NCBI GenBank assembly: GCA_964022095.1
Contig: CAXHZO010000003.1
Location: forward strand, 96,001 to 160,000
DNA length: 64,000 nucleotides
Reading direction: 5' to 3'
From: an uncultured Arcobacteraceae bacterium
Lineage (GTDB): Bacteria; Campylobacterota; Campylobacteria; Campylobacterales; Arcobacteraceae
A program made the position numbers and the translations under genes. The notes under the pieces were generated by a model. That model had not been told where the DNA came from and ran no database searches. It was given only the letters and a program-made list of their open reading frames with translations. Every line of letters starts with the position of its first letter. Position 1 is the stretch's first letter. Shown here piece by piece: positions 11,125 to 21,338 of this stretch.

Positions 11125-11715
11125 TTATTTAATAGGTTTTAAGTAGTCTCCAATTTTCCAACTATTATCCTTTGGATATTTTGCTAAATTATAATCTTTC
11201 CAAACTTTTTTGCAAAGCTTATTTCCTCTTTTGTATTCATCTTTAGCAAAAACATGGGCTCTTCCAAAGTTTGGAAAAACACCTTTGCCACTTGCATACA
11301 TATATGCTATATAACAGTTTGCCTCATATAATTTTTGTTTTGATGCCTCTTTGAAGTAATAAATCGCTTTTTCATAATCTTTATTTACAACTTTTCCATG
11401 AAGAAGAAATTTACCTAGTAAAAGCTGAGATTTATTATGGTTTTTATTTGCTGTTTTAACAATAAGATTATATGCTTCTATTTCATTGTGATATGAAGTT
11501 ATTTTTGATAAGTAGAATTTAGCTAAAACATATGAAGCTTCCAAATCTCCATTGTTTGATAAGTTTAGTAATATTTTATGTGCATTATCAAGACTTTTTT
11601 TATCTTTTATTAACTCAATTGCTTTTTTTAATTGGTCACTTATTTGAGTAGGTCTATTTAATGTTGTACTATTTACAAGACTGATAAAGAATATAATTAA
11701 AAAAACTATTTTCAT
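11125..11715 (-). CDS. Secreted Sel1-like repeat protein
   Basis: Signal peptide; LG.xxxG.GV.KD.EKA type repeats. Confidence 0.85.
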   Translation of the reverse strand: MKIVFLIIFFISLVNSTTLNRPTQISDQLKKAIELIKDKKSLDNAHKILLNLSNNGDLEASYVLAKFYLSKITSYHNEIEAYNLIVKTANKNHNKSQLLLGKFLLHGKVVNKDYEKAIYYFKEASKQKLYEANCYIAYMYASGKGVFPNFGRAHVFAKDEYKRGNKLCKKVWKDYNLAKYPKDNSWKIGDYLKPIK

Positions 11716-12737
11716 TCTTCAATTACTCTTTGTATATTTGTACTTAGTGTAGTTACTATTTCATATGTAATTGTATCATGAACTTTTGCTAAAGGTTTCG
11801 CATCATCAAATATACAAACTTCTTCTTTATCAGTGTTTAAAGATAGATTATCCATAGATACCCTTCCTAAAACTTTATATCCATTTGGCGTTGTGAAGTT
11901 TTTTCTTTCATTTAGTCTTAAAAAGCCATCTCCATATCCAACATCATATGTAGAAATAATCATCTCTTCTTTTGCTTTATATGTTCCTCCATATCCGAGA
12001 CTTTGACCTGGTTTTAAAATTCTTGTTGAAATTTTATTTCCCCAAAGAGATAAAACAGGCTTTAAATTTGGAAATTTAAATACATTTGCATTGTCTAAAT
12101 ATCCATAAGTAGCTATTCCAACCCTTGCAAAATCTTCATTAAAATTTGTATGTCTAAATAGACCTGCTGAGTTGCATGAGTGAAAGCTAGGAATATCTAG
12201 TTTAAGTTGTTCACATATTTCACTTACACTTGACTTAACCCTAGAAAAAACTGACTTTTGCCAATAAAAATCGGTAGTTAGTTCATCTGCACTTTTGTAA
12301 TGAGTAAAGATACCAGTTATTTCTATATTTTTCTTATGAAGCCCTAAAATAGCCTCTTGTAGATTTTCTGGTTTAATTCCATTTCTATGCATTCCAGTAT
12401 CCACTTTGATGTGAACTTTACATCCAAGTGGCAAATAATCAATATCATCAATTGAATTTAAAGCGATGTGAAAAGTATGTGAATAAGTGTGAAAATTTTT
12501 GTGTGCAAGGATTAAGATATAGTCAAATAATTTTTCTATAGCTAAAGCTTCATCTAGTGTTCTAACTACTGCTTTTTTTATTCCAAATTCATTTGCTAAT
12601 TTTGCAATTTCTACTAAACCATGACCGTACGCATTGTCTTTTAAAACAACTGCAACTTTTTCTTTCCCACCTGCATGATTTGATATTTTTTCTAGGTTAT
12701 AAAACAAATTGTTTTTATTTAGTTTAATTAGTGCCAA
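11712..12737 (-). CDS. alr: Alanine racemase
   Basis: [13 protein letters not shown] motif, [21 protein letters not shown]. Confidence 0.95.
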   Translation of the reverse strand: MALIKLNKNNLFYNLEKISNHAGGKEKVAVVLKDNAYGHGLVEIAKLANEFGIKKAVVRTLDEALAIEKLFDYILILAHKNFHTYSHTFHIALNSIDDIDYLPLGCKVHIKVDTGMHRNGIKPENLQEAILGLHKKNIEITGIFTHYKSADELTTDFYWQKSVFSRVKSSVSEICEQLKLDIPSFHSCNSAGLFRHTNFNEDFARVGIATYGYLDNANVFKFPNLKPVLSLWGNKISTRILKPGQSLGYGGTYKAKEEMIISTYDVGYGDGFLRLNERKNFTTPNGYKVLGRVSMDNLSLNTDKEEVCIFDDAKPLAKVHDTITYEIVTTLSTNIQRVIEE

Positions 12738-12739
12738 AT

Positions 12740-14590
12740 CTATTCCTCTATGTTATTAAAATAATTATATATAACTATTGCATCTTTTTCATTTAAAACA
12801 TTTTTTAATTCTTCTGCTGATGCATTTTTGATTTTTTCAAACTCACCAAAGTAAAGAAGTAGTTTTTTTACTTTTGCTTCACCTATACCTTTTATTTGTA
12901 AAAGTGAAATTTGCTTGTCTTCTTTTCTTTTTTGTTTCTTATGATAGTTTATTACAAATCTATGAGACTCATCTCTTTGTCTTTGTACAAATTGTAATCT
13001 TTGATCACTAGGAAGTAATTTTAGTGATTTAAATTCACCACTTGACGTTTTATAGTGAACTATATCATTTGCTTTACCTTTAGCTCTGTGAGCTTTAGCA
13101 TCAACTTTCTCTTTTGCTATTGCAATTATATCTAAATTTACTCCGACAGATTGGACAATATCATATGCTAATTTTAATAAAGTCTCTCCCCCATCAATCA
13201 CCCATAAATCTGGTGCAGGGTTCTTTTCAAAGCTTTCAACTCTTCTCATTAGCATCTCTCTCATTTGAGAGTATTCATCTTTTGATTCTAAATTATAATG
13301 TCTAAACTGCTTTTTATCCCAACCATTTACTTGTTCATTCCAAACTACCATTGCTCCAACGGTTGCTTGTCCCATCATATGTGAGTTATCAAAACTCTCT
13401 ATTAAATATGGATTTACATTTAGATTAAATAGTTTTTTTAATTCATCATAAATTGAAGTTTGGTTTTTTGTTGAGTCGATTCTTAGAAGTTCATTACAGT
13501 TGTTTATTGCAATTTGAACAATATCTTTTTTCTTGTCTTTTTTTGGATTAGTAATTTTTATTTTTTTACTAAATCTAGCATATAAAAAATCTTCTAATTC
13601 TTCTTTATCTTCTAATTCAATTGCCGTTAAAACTTCTTTTGGAAGTAGGGGAATTTCATTATCATAATAGTTTATTATTGCTCTTTTATATGCTTCTTGG
13701 TAGTCAAAGTCACTATTGTCTTCTAGATTATCAATTCTTAAAAAATCATGGCTTGAAGAAGTTAATTTTCCATCTCTAATAAACATTCTAACTACAACTG
13801 CTTTTTTATTTGAAGTTGTAATTGCGAAGATATCGATATTTTCATTTGTAGCTAAATCCATACCTGACTTGATTTGGGACTTTTCTATAGTTTTAATTCT
13901 ATCTCTTAATTTCATGGCATCTTCAAATCTAAACTCTTCTGAGTCTTGCATCATCTTTTCATTTAGTTTTGTGATTAGTTTGGATTTGTTATAGATATAA
14001 CTTAGTGCTTCTTCAACTATTTTTGAATATTCACTAGTTGATATTTTACCTTCACAAGGAGCATGGCATCTTTTTATTTGGTGAAAAAGACAAGCTTTTT
14101 TCTCTTTTATACAAGATTTTTTTTGAACCAAAGGTACTATCTCATAAATACTATCTAACATATCTCTAGCACCAGTTGAGTATGGCCCAAAATATTTTAG
14201 ATTTTTGTTTTTATGAACACGTCTTGTTATTTCAAGTCTTGGAAATAGTTCATTATTATCTAAATAAATATATGGATATGTTTTATCATCTCTTAATAAT
14301 ATATTGTATTTTGGTTTTAATTGTTTTATCAATGAATTTTCAAGTATAAGTGCATCATGTTCATTTGGAACTACAATCCATTCTAAGGTTTGAACTTCAC
14401 TTATCATTTTATAAATTCGAGGGCTTAATTTATCTGAGGGTAAAAGTTTTGGAGTAAATTTGAAGTATGATTTAACTCTATTTTTTAATACTTTAGCTTT
14501 TCCTACATATAATAAATGCCCATCTTTATTAAAATATTGATAAACACCTGCATCATTAGGTAGTTGCTTTAACTTTTCTTCTATATTCAT
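12740..14590 (-). CDS. uvrC: Excinuclease ABC subunit C
   Basis: GVY..YVGKAK GIY-YIG, DDKTYPY, FDNSH, IDGG, RDESHRF, HhH GIGE. Confidence 0.97.
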   Translation of the reverse strand: MNIEEKLKQLPNDAGVYQYFNKDGHLLYVGKAKVLKNRVKSYFKFTPKLLPSDKLSPRIYKMISEVQTLEWIVVPNEHDALILENSLIKQLKPKYNILLRDDKTYPYIYLDNNELFPRLEITRRVHKNKNLKYFGPYSTGARDMLDSIYEIVPLVQKKSCIKEKKACLFHQIKRCHAPCEGKISTSEYSKIVEEALSYIYNKSKLITKLNEKMMQDSEEFRFEDAMKLRDRIKTIEKSQIKSGMDLATNENIDIFAITTSNKKAVVVRMFIRDGKLTSSSHDFLRIDNLEDNSDFDYQEAYKRAIINYYDNEIPLLPKEVLTAIELEDKEELEDFLYARFSKKIKITNPKKDKKKDIVQIAINNCNELLRIDSTKNQTSIYDELKKLFNLNVNPYLIESFDNSHMMGQATVGAMVVWNEQVNGWDKKQFRHYNLESKDEYSQMREMLMRRVESFEKNPAPDLWVIDGGETLLKLAYDIVQSVGVNLDIIAIAKEKVDAKAHRAKGKANDIVHYKTSSGEFKSLKLLPSDQRLQFVQRQRDESHRFVINYHKKQKRKEDKQISLLQIKGIGEAKVKKLLLYFGEFEKIKNASAEELKNVLNEKDAIVIYNYFNNIEE

Positions 14591-14689
14591 TTTGGAATAT
14601 TACCCTAATATCTTTTAAATATAATAATATTAATAAAAAGTTGTTTATTGTAAAATGATATTTAAAATAAAATTAACTAAGAGATTTAA

Positions 14690-15376
14690 ATGCCAGGAAG
14701 ATTAGCAATATTTGATGATAAACAATTTAAACAAGATGTAGTAGAATTCATTAAGCATGATATGGTTAATGAATTGAATCCAAAATATAATATTCCTCCT
14801 ACTATGCCAATTCCAACATTACTAAATTCTGGGGATTATTTATATGCTCACTTTGGGTATTTACCTTCATGGGCAAAAGATAAAAAAAGTATGAATATAA
14901 ATGCAAGAAGTGAGTCTATTTATGAAAAAAGAACTTTTAGAGACTCTTTTAAATTTAAGCGTTGTATTATTCCCATAAATGGATTTTTTGAATGGGAAAT
15001 TGAAGATAAAGAAAAAACGCCGTATTTTATAAAAGATAGTATAAATGATTATTTAGCAGTTGGTGGAATTTGGGATGAGTATTTTGATAGTGAATTAAAT
15101 ATGAATATCGTTACTGTTGCATTAATTACATGTGATGCAAATGAAAAGTTAGGGAAAATACATCATCGTATGCCAATTGTTTTAGAAAAAAAAGATTTTA
15201 AAACATGGCTGTATAGTGATGATTTAAAAGAACTTAATTCTTTGTTTAATATTTACCCAAGTGAGAAACTTGAACTTTTTACTGTCTCATCAAATGTTAA
15301 TAAAGTTTCATTTGATGAGATTTCTTGTATTTCAAAAGTTCAAGAAGTTAAAGTTGGACAACAATCTCTTTTTTAA
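14690..15376 (+). CDS. SOS response-associated peptidase (SRAP/YedK/HMCES family) with N-terminal MPGR
   Basis: YNIPPT, INARSE, RCIIPINGFFEW, IHHRMP, VSSNVN motifs. Confidence 0.92.
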   Translation: MPGRLAIFDDKQFKQDVVEFIKHDMVNELNPKYNIPPTMPIPTLLNSGDYLYAHFGYLPSWAKDKKSMNINARSESIYEKRTFRDSFKFKRCIIPINGFFEWEIEDKEKTPYFIKDSINDYLAVGGIWDEYFDSELNMNIVTVALITCDANEKLGKIHHRMPIVLEKKDFKTWLYSDDLKELNSLFNIYPSEKLELFTVSSNVNKVSFDEISCISKVQEVKVGQQSLF

Positions 15377-15918
15377 TTGTTTAATAGTTTTAAAATATCA
15401 TCTTCTATTGACATAGGATTAGTTGTACTTCCAAATCTATCAACAACATTACCCTTTTTATTTATTAAAAATTTTGTAAAATTCCATTTAATATCTTCAG
15501 TACCTAAAATACCTGGTTGTTTCGTTTTTAAAAATGTATAAAGTGGCGATTCGTTTTCTCCATTTACATCAACTTTTGAAAACATATCAAAGTTTACACC
15601 ATAAGTTAGTCTACAAAACTCTTTTATTTCTTCATTTGTTCCTGGTTCTTGGTTTGCAAATTGATTTGAAGGGAAACCTAAAATCATAAACTCTTTATCT
15701 TTATGCTTTGCATAAAGATTTTCTAAATCTTTGTATTGACCAGTAAAACCACATTTACTAGCAACATTTACAATAAGCAATACTTTACCTTTATATTTAG
15801 AAAGACTTATTTCTTTTCCATCTATATCTTTTACTGAAATATCATATAAATTCATACTTTTTTCCTTTGAAATTAAAGAAGTTACTAACAGAAAAATAGA
15901 AACTATAATTTTGAACAT
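15373..15918 (-). CDS. Glutathione peroxidase (Cys type), probable signal peptide
   Basis: VNVASKCGFT, GFPSNQF, KWNFTKFL. Confidence 0.95.
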   Translation of the reverse strand: MFKIIVSIFLLVTSLISKEKSMNLYDISVKDIDGKEISLSKYKGKVLLIVNVASKCGFTGQYKDLENLYAKHKDKEFMILGFPSNQFANQEPGTNEEIKEFCRLTYGVNFDMFSKVDVNGENESPLYTFLKTKQPGILGTEDIKWNFTKFLINKKGNVVDRFGSTTNPMSIEDDILKLLNN

Positions 15919-15997
15919 ATTAATCCTTTTTTATTATAATAATTATTTTAGCTTGATATTTGATATTTTGGTAGTAAAAAAATGAATATTTAAGGTT

Positions 15998-16879
15998 TTA
16001 TATCTCTTCTGTTAGAGTATATTTTTCTATTAACTCTTGAAATCTTTCATCATCAATAATATCAAAGAAGAACTTATCTTTTTGAAGTTTTTCAACATAT
16101 TGTTCACTTAACTCAAGAGCTTTTCCTAAGTCTTCAATACAGTAATCAATTTGTGCTAAAGTATAGTGAACTTTTGCTCTTTGGTAAAATGCATTTGAGA
16201 ATTGATCATCAATTTTAATAGCTTGATTTACTAAGCTTAGTGCCCAATTCGCTTCATCTAATTTTAAAACAGCTTCTGCTTTATAAGTAAGTGCTTCAAC
16301 ATCATCAGCACTTAAATTTAAAATTTCATCATAAATTTCAATTTTACCTAGTGTTGTTGACTCTTTAGATGCTCTCATCCAAAGTGAATAAATAGTATTT
16401 GTTCGTTCAATATTTTTTTGATTTTCTACTACTTGTCTTGATCTTTTTTCTAAGTCTTCTTCAAAAAGGTTTAATCTATCTTCATAATTAGAAATAGTAT
16501 CAGATATTTTTACATCAATATCTGCTCTTACTTTTTTATTAATATCTTTGATTGAACTCCAACCCATTAAAACTAAAAAAGATGAAGCAGCTGCAATAAT
16601 ATAAAACATATTATTGATTGTTGAAGTTGCATAGTTGATTACATTATTTGACATTTCAATCTCTTTTTTTGCTAAAGTTTGATGTAATTCAACTTTTAAA
16701 TTTCTATTCTCTTCTCTTAATGTTTTTAATTCATTTAAAATGTAGTTTTCTACAAATGGGTTGTAAAGTGGTTTTTCTAAACTATTTAATTTTTTATCAA
16801 TCTTATCTTTTGTTGTTGTTTGGTTTGCAAATATAAATTGCACAGACAGGATTAATAAAATCATAAATAGTTTTTTCAT
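15998..16879 (-). CDS. Membrane-anchored coiled-coil TPR protein
   Basis: Signal peptide, coiled coil, one TM, C-terminal TPR helices; 1 bp from ask stop. Confidence 0.8.
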   Translation of the reverse strand: MKKLFMILLILSVQFIFANQTTTKDKIDKKLNSLEKPLYNPFVENYILNELKTLREENRNLKVELHQTLAKKEIEMSNNVINYATSTINNMFYIIAAASSFLVLMGWSSIKDINKKVRADIDVKISDTISNYEDRLNLFEEDLEKRSRQVVENQKNIERTNTIYSLWMRASKESTTLGKIEIYDEILNLSADDVEALTYKAEAVLKLDEANWALSLVNQAIKIDDQFSNAFYQRAKVHYTLAQIDYCIEDLGKALELSEQYVEKLQKDKFFFDIIDDERFQELIEKYTLTEEI

Positions 16880-16880
16880 A

Positions 16881-18236
16881 TCAAAGGAGCTCTTCTTTCA
16901 GTGTTTTTAGTGCTATATCTGAAACATTTTGAGAAACACCTATATGAAATGAAATCTTTGATGGACTCATATCAAACATTTCAAAAGGAATATTCTTTTG
17001 CTTTAGTGCAGTTATAGCATCAACAATAGCGAATGAATTTTGTTTTAATCCAATACCAACTAGTGTTAAAATTGAGATATTATAGTTAACATTTACTTCA
17101 TCGGTTTTTAATCTTCTCTCAATTTGTCTTCTAAGATTGTTAATTTTACCTTTTAAGTCCTCTTGATCAACTAATATTGCAATATCATCTTTATCCGTTG
17201 GGTAGTGATAAGTATTAATATTAAAATCTTGAAATATCTTAAGTAGTTCTGCGCTAAAGCCAACTTCTTCGCCTAACATATCTTTTTGGATATGAATTGA
17301 AGCCATATTATCAAGTTTTGCAATTCCTACTAAATCTTCCATTGGAACTCTTTCACTTAAAATTAGTGTTCCTTCATGAGCAGGATTATTTGTATTTCTA
17401 ATATTAATTGGAATTTTACTTTTTTTACAATTTAACATTGCATTAAAATGGAATACATTAAAACCTTTTGAACTAAGTAATCTTAATTCTTTAAAAGTTA
17501 GTCTTGGAATTACTTTTGAATCTTCAACAACTCTTGGATCTGTTTCATAAACACCATTTGTATCAGTCCAGTTTTCATAAATATCAGCATCAAGTGCATA
17601 AGCTAACTCTCCACCTGTTAAGTCACTTCCTCCTCTACTCATAACTGCAATTTTATCTTGTTCATTTATTCCATAAAAACCTGGAACTAAATATATTTCA
17701 TCTTTATCAAAAGTGAAGCTATTTTCAATATTTTTGTGTGTTTTATATGTTACTTTTCCATTTGTTAAACAATCACTTAAAATAAAACCAAACTCTTCAG
17801 GTAACATAAGTTTTGTTTTTAATCCAACACTATTCATGTAAGATGTAATAACTTTAGAATTAAAGTGCTCACCTCTTGATAAAAAAAATGCCACTCTTTC
17901 TTTATCTTTTAATTTACAACTTTCTAAATCTTTTTTTAAAGTCTGTACTATGTCTTTTTTATCAATATTTAAATCAGTACAAAGTTTCTCAAATTTTTTA
18001 AGTATTGCTTCTTGTGACTCTTTTGGTGAAATTAATATCTTTTGACTCTCAAAATGTTCACCATAAGTTGCAAGGTTTAATAAGTGATCTGTAATTTTTT
18101 CTTGATGTGTTTCATCTCTACCAGGAGCTGATACTACTATTACTTTTCTTTGTTCATCACTTTTTATAATGTTCACTATTTTTTTTATTTGTAAGGCATC
18201 TTTTACTGAACTTCCTCCAAATTTACATACTTTCAT
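16881..18236 (-). CDS. ask: Aspartate kinase (ectoine cluster-associated)
   Basis: KFGGSSV, VVSAPG, SRGGSDLTG, WTDTNGVYETDPR; in ect operon. Confidence 0.93.
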   Translation of the reverse strand: MKVCKFGGSSVKDALQIKKIVNIIKSDEQRKVIVVSAPGRDETHQEKITDHLLNLATYGEHFESQKILISPKESQEAILKKFEKLCTDLNIDKKDIVQTLKKDLESCKLKDKERVAFFLSRGEHFNSKVITSYMNSVGLKTKLMLPEEFGFILSDCLTNGKVTYKTHKNIENSFTFDKDEIYLVPGFYGINEQDKIAVMSRGGSDLTGGELAYALDADIYENWTDTNGVYETDPRVVEDSKVIPRLTFKELRLLSSKGFNVFHFNAMLNCKKSKIPINIRNTNNPAHEGTLILSERVPMEDLVGIAKLDNMASIHIQKDMLGEEVGFSAELLKIFQDFNINTYHYPTDKDDIAILVDQEDLKGKINNLRRQIERRLKTDEVNVNYNISILTLVGIGLKQNSFAIVDAITALKQKNIPFEMFDMSPSKISFHIGVSQNVSDIALKTLKEELL

Positions 18237-18251
18237 TTAATCTTTTCCTCT

Positions 18252-18905
18252 TTATTTGTTACTAATCTTATAACCTCTATTTCTGATAGTTGTTATAAGG
18301 TCTGTATTAAAATTCTTTTTTAATTCACTTCTAATTTGATTGATATTTACTTCAATAACATTGTGACAAATGAGCTCAGGCTCATCCCAGATGGCATTAA
18401 CCAGCTCTTCTTTTGAAATAATTGACTTATTTCTATTTTTAATTAGATAAGATAGAACTTCATAGGATTTACCTTTGATATTTAATTTATTGTCATTATT
18501 ATCTAAAATGGATTTCTCATCATTATTGATTGTTAGATAGTTTTTGAATTTTAATTTACTTGCGAAGTTTTCTCTATGAATTGATTCTATTTTTGCTAAA
18601 ATTAGTTCATAATCAAAACAATCTTTTATTACACTAATTGCTCCATTTTTTAATAAGTCAATTTCAAAATCTTTTGATTGGTTTGAAGTAAGTATTACCA
18701 CTGCACTTTTAGAATTTAATCTATTTTTTAATAACTCTTTACAAGATTTAATATCATCTTCATATATTAAAATCAAACTATAAAGTCTAACTTGTGCATG
18801 ATAAACTGCATCATTTAAATCTTCAGCTACATCACAAATATAAAGATTATTTGATTCAATTTCTTCAATAAGTTTTTTATCTATATTTAAAGCTAATAAA
18901 CGCAT
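18252..18905 (-). CDS. OmpR-family atypical response regulator, HsrA/CosR-like
   Basis: wHTH KGKSYEVL..SKEELVNAIWDEPE..NVIEVNINQIR..TIRNRGY; degenerate receiver. Confidence 0.85.
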   Translation of the reverse strand: MRLLALNIDKKLIEEIESNNLYICDVAEDLNDAVYHAQVRLYSLILIYEDDIKSCKELLKNRLNSKSAVVILTSNQSKDFEIDLLKNGAISVIKDCFDYELILAKIESIHRENFASKLKFKNYLTINNDEKSILDNNDNKLNIKGKSYEVLSYLIKNRNKSIISKEELVNAIWDEPELICHNVIEVNINQIRSELKKNFNTDLITTIRNRGYKISNK

Positions 18906-18926
18906 TTAAACTCCTTTTAGAAGACC

Positions 18927-19322
18927 TTAGTCTTCTAAAGGATAAACTCCATTTTCATCGTGATGTTCAGTTCCTTTTATGGGAGGATTAAATACACAAA
19001 TTAGTCTCATATCTTCAGTGCCACCATATAAGTTATGGTCATCATGGTTATTTAGTGCATACATAACACCGTCATATATTTCATGAGTTTCACCCGTTGC
19101 TAAATCTTCAATCTTACCATTTCCTGCTACACAATAAACAGCTTCTAAGTGATTTTGATAGTGAATGTGAGTTTTTGTATTTGCTTTAATAATTGTTTCA
19201 TGAAATGAAAATCCCATCCCTTCATCTTTTAAAAGCATTCTTCTACTAACCCATTGTCCACCCTCGGCAAAAACTTCTTTATCTGTTCCTATCACATCTT
19301 TTTTAATATCTTTTACGATCAT
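18927..19322 (-). CDS. ectC: Ectoine synthase
   Basis: WVSRRMLL, GMGFSFHET, HYQNHLEAVYC, CVFNPP..G.E.HD..GVY. Confidence 0.97.
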   Translation of the reverse strand: MIVKDIKKDVIGTDKEVFAEGGQWVSRRMLLKDEGMGFSFHETIIKANTKTHIHYQNHLEAVYCVAGNGKIEDLATGETHEIYDGVMYALNNHDDHNLYGGTEDMRLICVFNPPIKGTEHHDENGVYPLED

Positions 19323-19325
19323 CTA

Positions 19326-20606
19326 CTAAAATTCCTCTGTTAATTTTTTCTTTTTATCTGTTGCTAGTTTTGTTATAGCTCTTTCAAATCTATTTAGACC
19401 TTCATTTAATGTCTCTTCATCTATTATTAAAGGTGGTAAAAATTTAACAACTTGACCTTCTGAACCACACGTTTCAATAATTAGTTGTTCTTCAAAAGCA
19501 TATGATGAAATTTCACCTGCAACTGTTGGGTCATTTTTTATTTCAAAACCATAAGCAAGACCTCTACCTCTAACTTCAATATCAAATACATCACTGTGTT
19601 TTTGGGCAATTTCTTCAAGTTTTTTTCTTAATACTTTTTCTTTATAGAAAACAGCATTTGTTAGATCTTCATTTTGCCAATAATTTTCTAAACTTACTTT
19701 TGAAGCAACAAATGCTAAGTTATTACCTCTAAATGTACCTGTATGTTCACCTGGTTTCCATTGGTCTAAATCAGGTTTAAATAGTAATAATGCCATTGGT
19801 AAACCACCACCAATTGATTTTGAAAGAGTTACAATATCAGGATTAATATCTGCAAATTCAAATGAGAAAAACTCACCAGTTCTACCATTACCAACTTGAA
19901 TATCATCAATAATTAATAAAATATCATACTCTCTACAAATATTTTCTAACTCTTTTAACCATTTTGCACTTGAAACATTAATTCCACCTTCACCTTGAAT
20001 CGTTTCAACAATAATTGCAGCAGGTAAATCAACACCACTACTTCCATCACTTAAAAATTTTCTTAAGTAATCTAATGTATTAAAGTCACCAAAATATCCA
20101 TCAAAAGGCATAAATGAAGCATTTAATCTACTAATATAACTCTCATCTCTATAATCATTATTACCAGTAACTGCAAGTGACCCTTGTGATAATCCATGGT
20201 ATCCATTAGTAAATGCAATAATATTACTTCTACCTTTTACTAATCTTGCAAGTTTTAATGCAGTCTCAACACAGTTTGTACCAGTTGGTCCTGTAAATTG
20301 CATTTTGTATTCTAAATTTCTAGGCTTTAAGATTAACTCTTGAAATGTTTCCATAAACTCTTTTTTAGCAGTAGTTGCCATATCAAGACCATGTACAACT
20401 CCATCATTTTGTAAGTATTCAATTAAAGCTTTTGATATTAAATCATTATTATGACCATAGTTTAATGTCCCTGCACCTGCAAAAAAATCAATATAATCAA
20501 CATCTTGCTCATCTGTTAAAATAGCACCTTTTGCGCTTTTAAAAATTGTTGGGAAACTTCTTATGTATCCTCTTACTTCTGATTCAAAATTTTCAAATAT
20601 TCTCAT
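19326..20606 (-). CDS. ectB: Diaminobutyrate--2-oxoglutarate transaminase
   Basis: ESEVRGY, DFFAGAGTLNYGHN, DDIQVG, LSKS, PGEHTGTFRG. Confidence 0.97.
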   Translation of the reverse strand: MRIFENFESEVRGYIRSFPTIFKSAKGAILTDEQDVDYIDFFAGAGTLNYGHNNDLISKALIEYLQNDGVVHGLDMATTAKKEFMETFQELILKPRNLEYKMQFTGPTGTNCVETALKLARLVKGRSNIIAFTNGYHGLSQGSLAVTGNNDYRDESYISRLNASFMPFDGYFGDFNTLDYLRKFLSDGSSGVDLPAAIIVETIQGEGGINVSSAKWLKELENICREYDILLIIDDIQVGNGRTGEFFSFEFADINPDIVTLSKSIGGGLPMALLLFKPDLDQWKPGEHTGTFRGNNLAFVASKVSLENYWQNEDLTNAVFYKEKVLRKKLEEIAQKHSDVFDIEVRGRGLAYGFEIKNDPTVAGEISSYAFEEQLIIETCGSEGQVVKFLPPLIIDEETLNEGLNRFERAITKLATDKKKKLTEEF

Positions 20607-20607
20607 T

Positions 20608-21117
20608 TTATTTTTTTCCTTTTAATTTAAAAGAACCAATTGTAAACATTGGCTCATCTTCATGTGCATTAGTAAAATCTTTCATTTTTAAAAACTTAGA
20701 TTTTTTAATTTTTGTTTTTAACTCATTTGCAACTTTTTCAAATACTCTAATTGATGAAGAGTTACTTGGACTTACTGTAGTTTTTATGAAATTAATATCT
20801 CTACAGGTTTTTCTTTTTGCAATTTTTAAAATTAATTTTTGAGCTAATCCTAAACCTCTGTAATTACTGTCTACTGCAACTTGCCATATAAATAGTGTGT
20901 TTTCATTTGGAACTAAGTAACCAGAAACAAATCCAATAACCTTATTCTTTTTTTCATCAATTGCAACACAACAGTAATCTCTAAAATGAATTGATTGTAA
21001 GTAATATAGATATTCAGAATTTACATCTAAGACTTTTGTGTCTTTAACTAGTTTTATTATCTCTTTAGTATGAGATTTATTGGGTTTTACCAATTTGATT
21101 TTGGTGGCCAAAATCAC
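20608..21117 (-). CDS. ectA: Diaminobutyrate acetyltransferase (start GTG 21117 or TTG 21111)
   Basis: LDVNSEY.Y, LFIWQVAVD..YRG.GLA, TTVSPSN..S, HEDE. Confidence 0.95.
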   Translation of the reverse strand: MILATKIKLVKPNKSHTKEIIKLVKDTKVLDVNSEYLYYLQSIHFRDYCCVAIDEKKNKVIGFVSGYLVPNENTLFIWQVAVDSNYRGLGLAQKLILKIAKRKTCRDINFIKTTVSPSNSSSIRVFEKVANELKTKIKKSKFLKMKDFTNAHEDEPMFTIGSFKLKGKK

Positions 21118-21152
21118 TCCTTTTGTATTTTTTGTTTAATAATTTTGTTTTA

Positions 21153-21216
21153 TATATACAATTAATTTGTATATAATTTACATTAACTATGTAAAAATAT
21201 TACATAAACTGTGTAA
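21153..21216. promoter_or_regulatory. Three phased palindromic boxes (core TACA-N7-TGTA) in the ectA/proV divergent promoter
   Basis: ATACAA-TTAAT-TTGTAT (21156-72), TTACAT-TAACT-ATGTAA (21178-94), TTACAT-AAACT-GTGTAA (21200-16); centres 22 bp apart. Confidence 0.65.
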
Positions 21217-21338
21217 ATATAACATATAAAAATAAGAAATAGCTTAATAATTTTATGTAATATAATAACTGAAAATAACTAACAATTTATCTAAAATTAA
21301 GAAAAGATACTATATTCTTTAATGTAACAAAATTACAC

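Noticed and set aside
15373-15918. Selenocysteine glutathione peroxidase
   Set aside because: Active-site codon is TGT (Cys); no in-frame TGA
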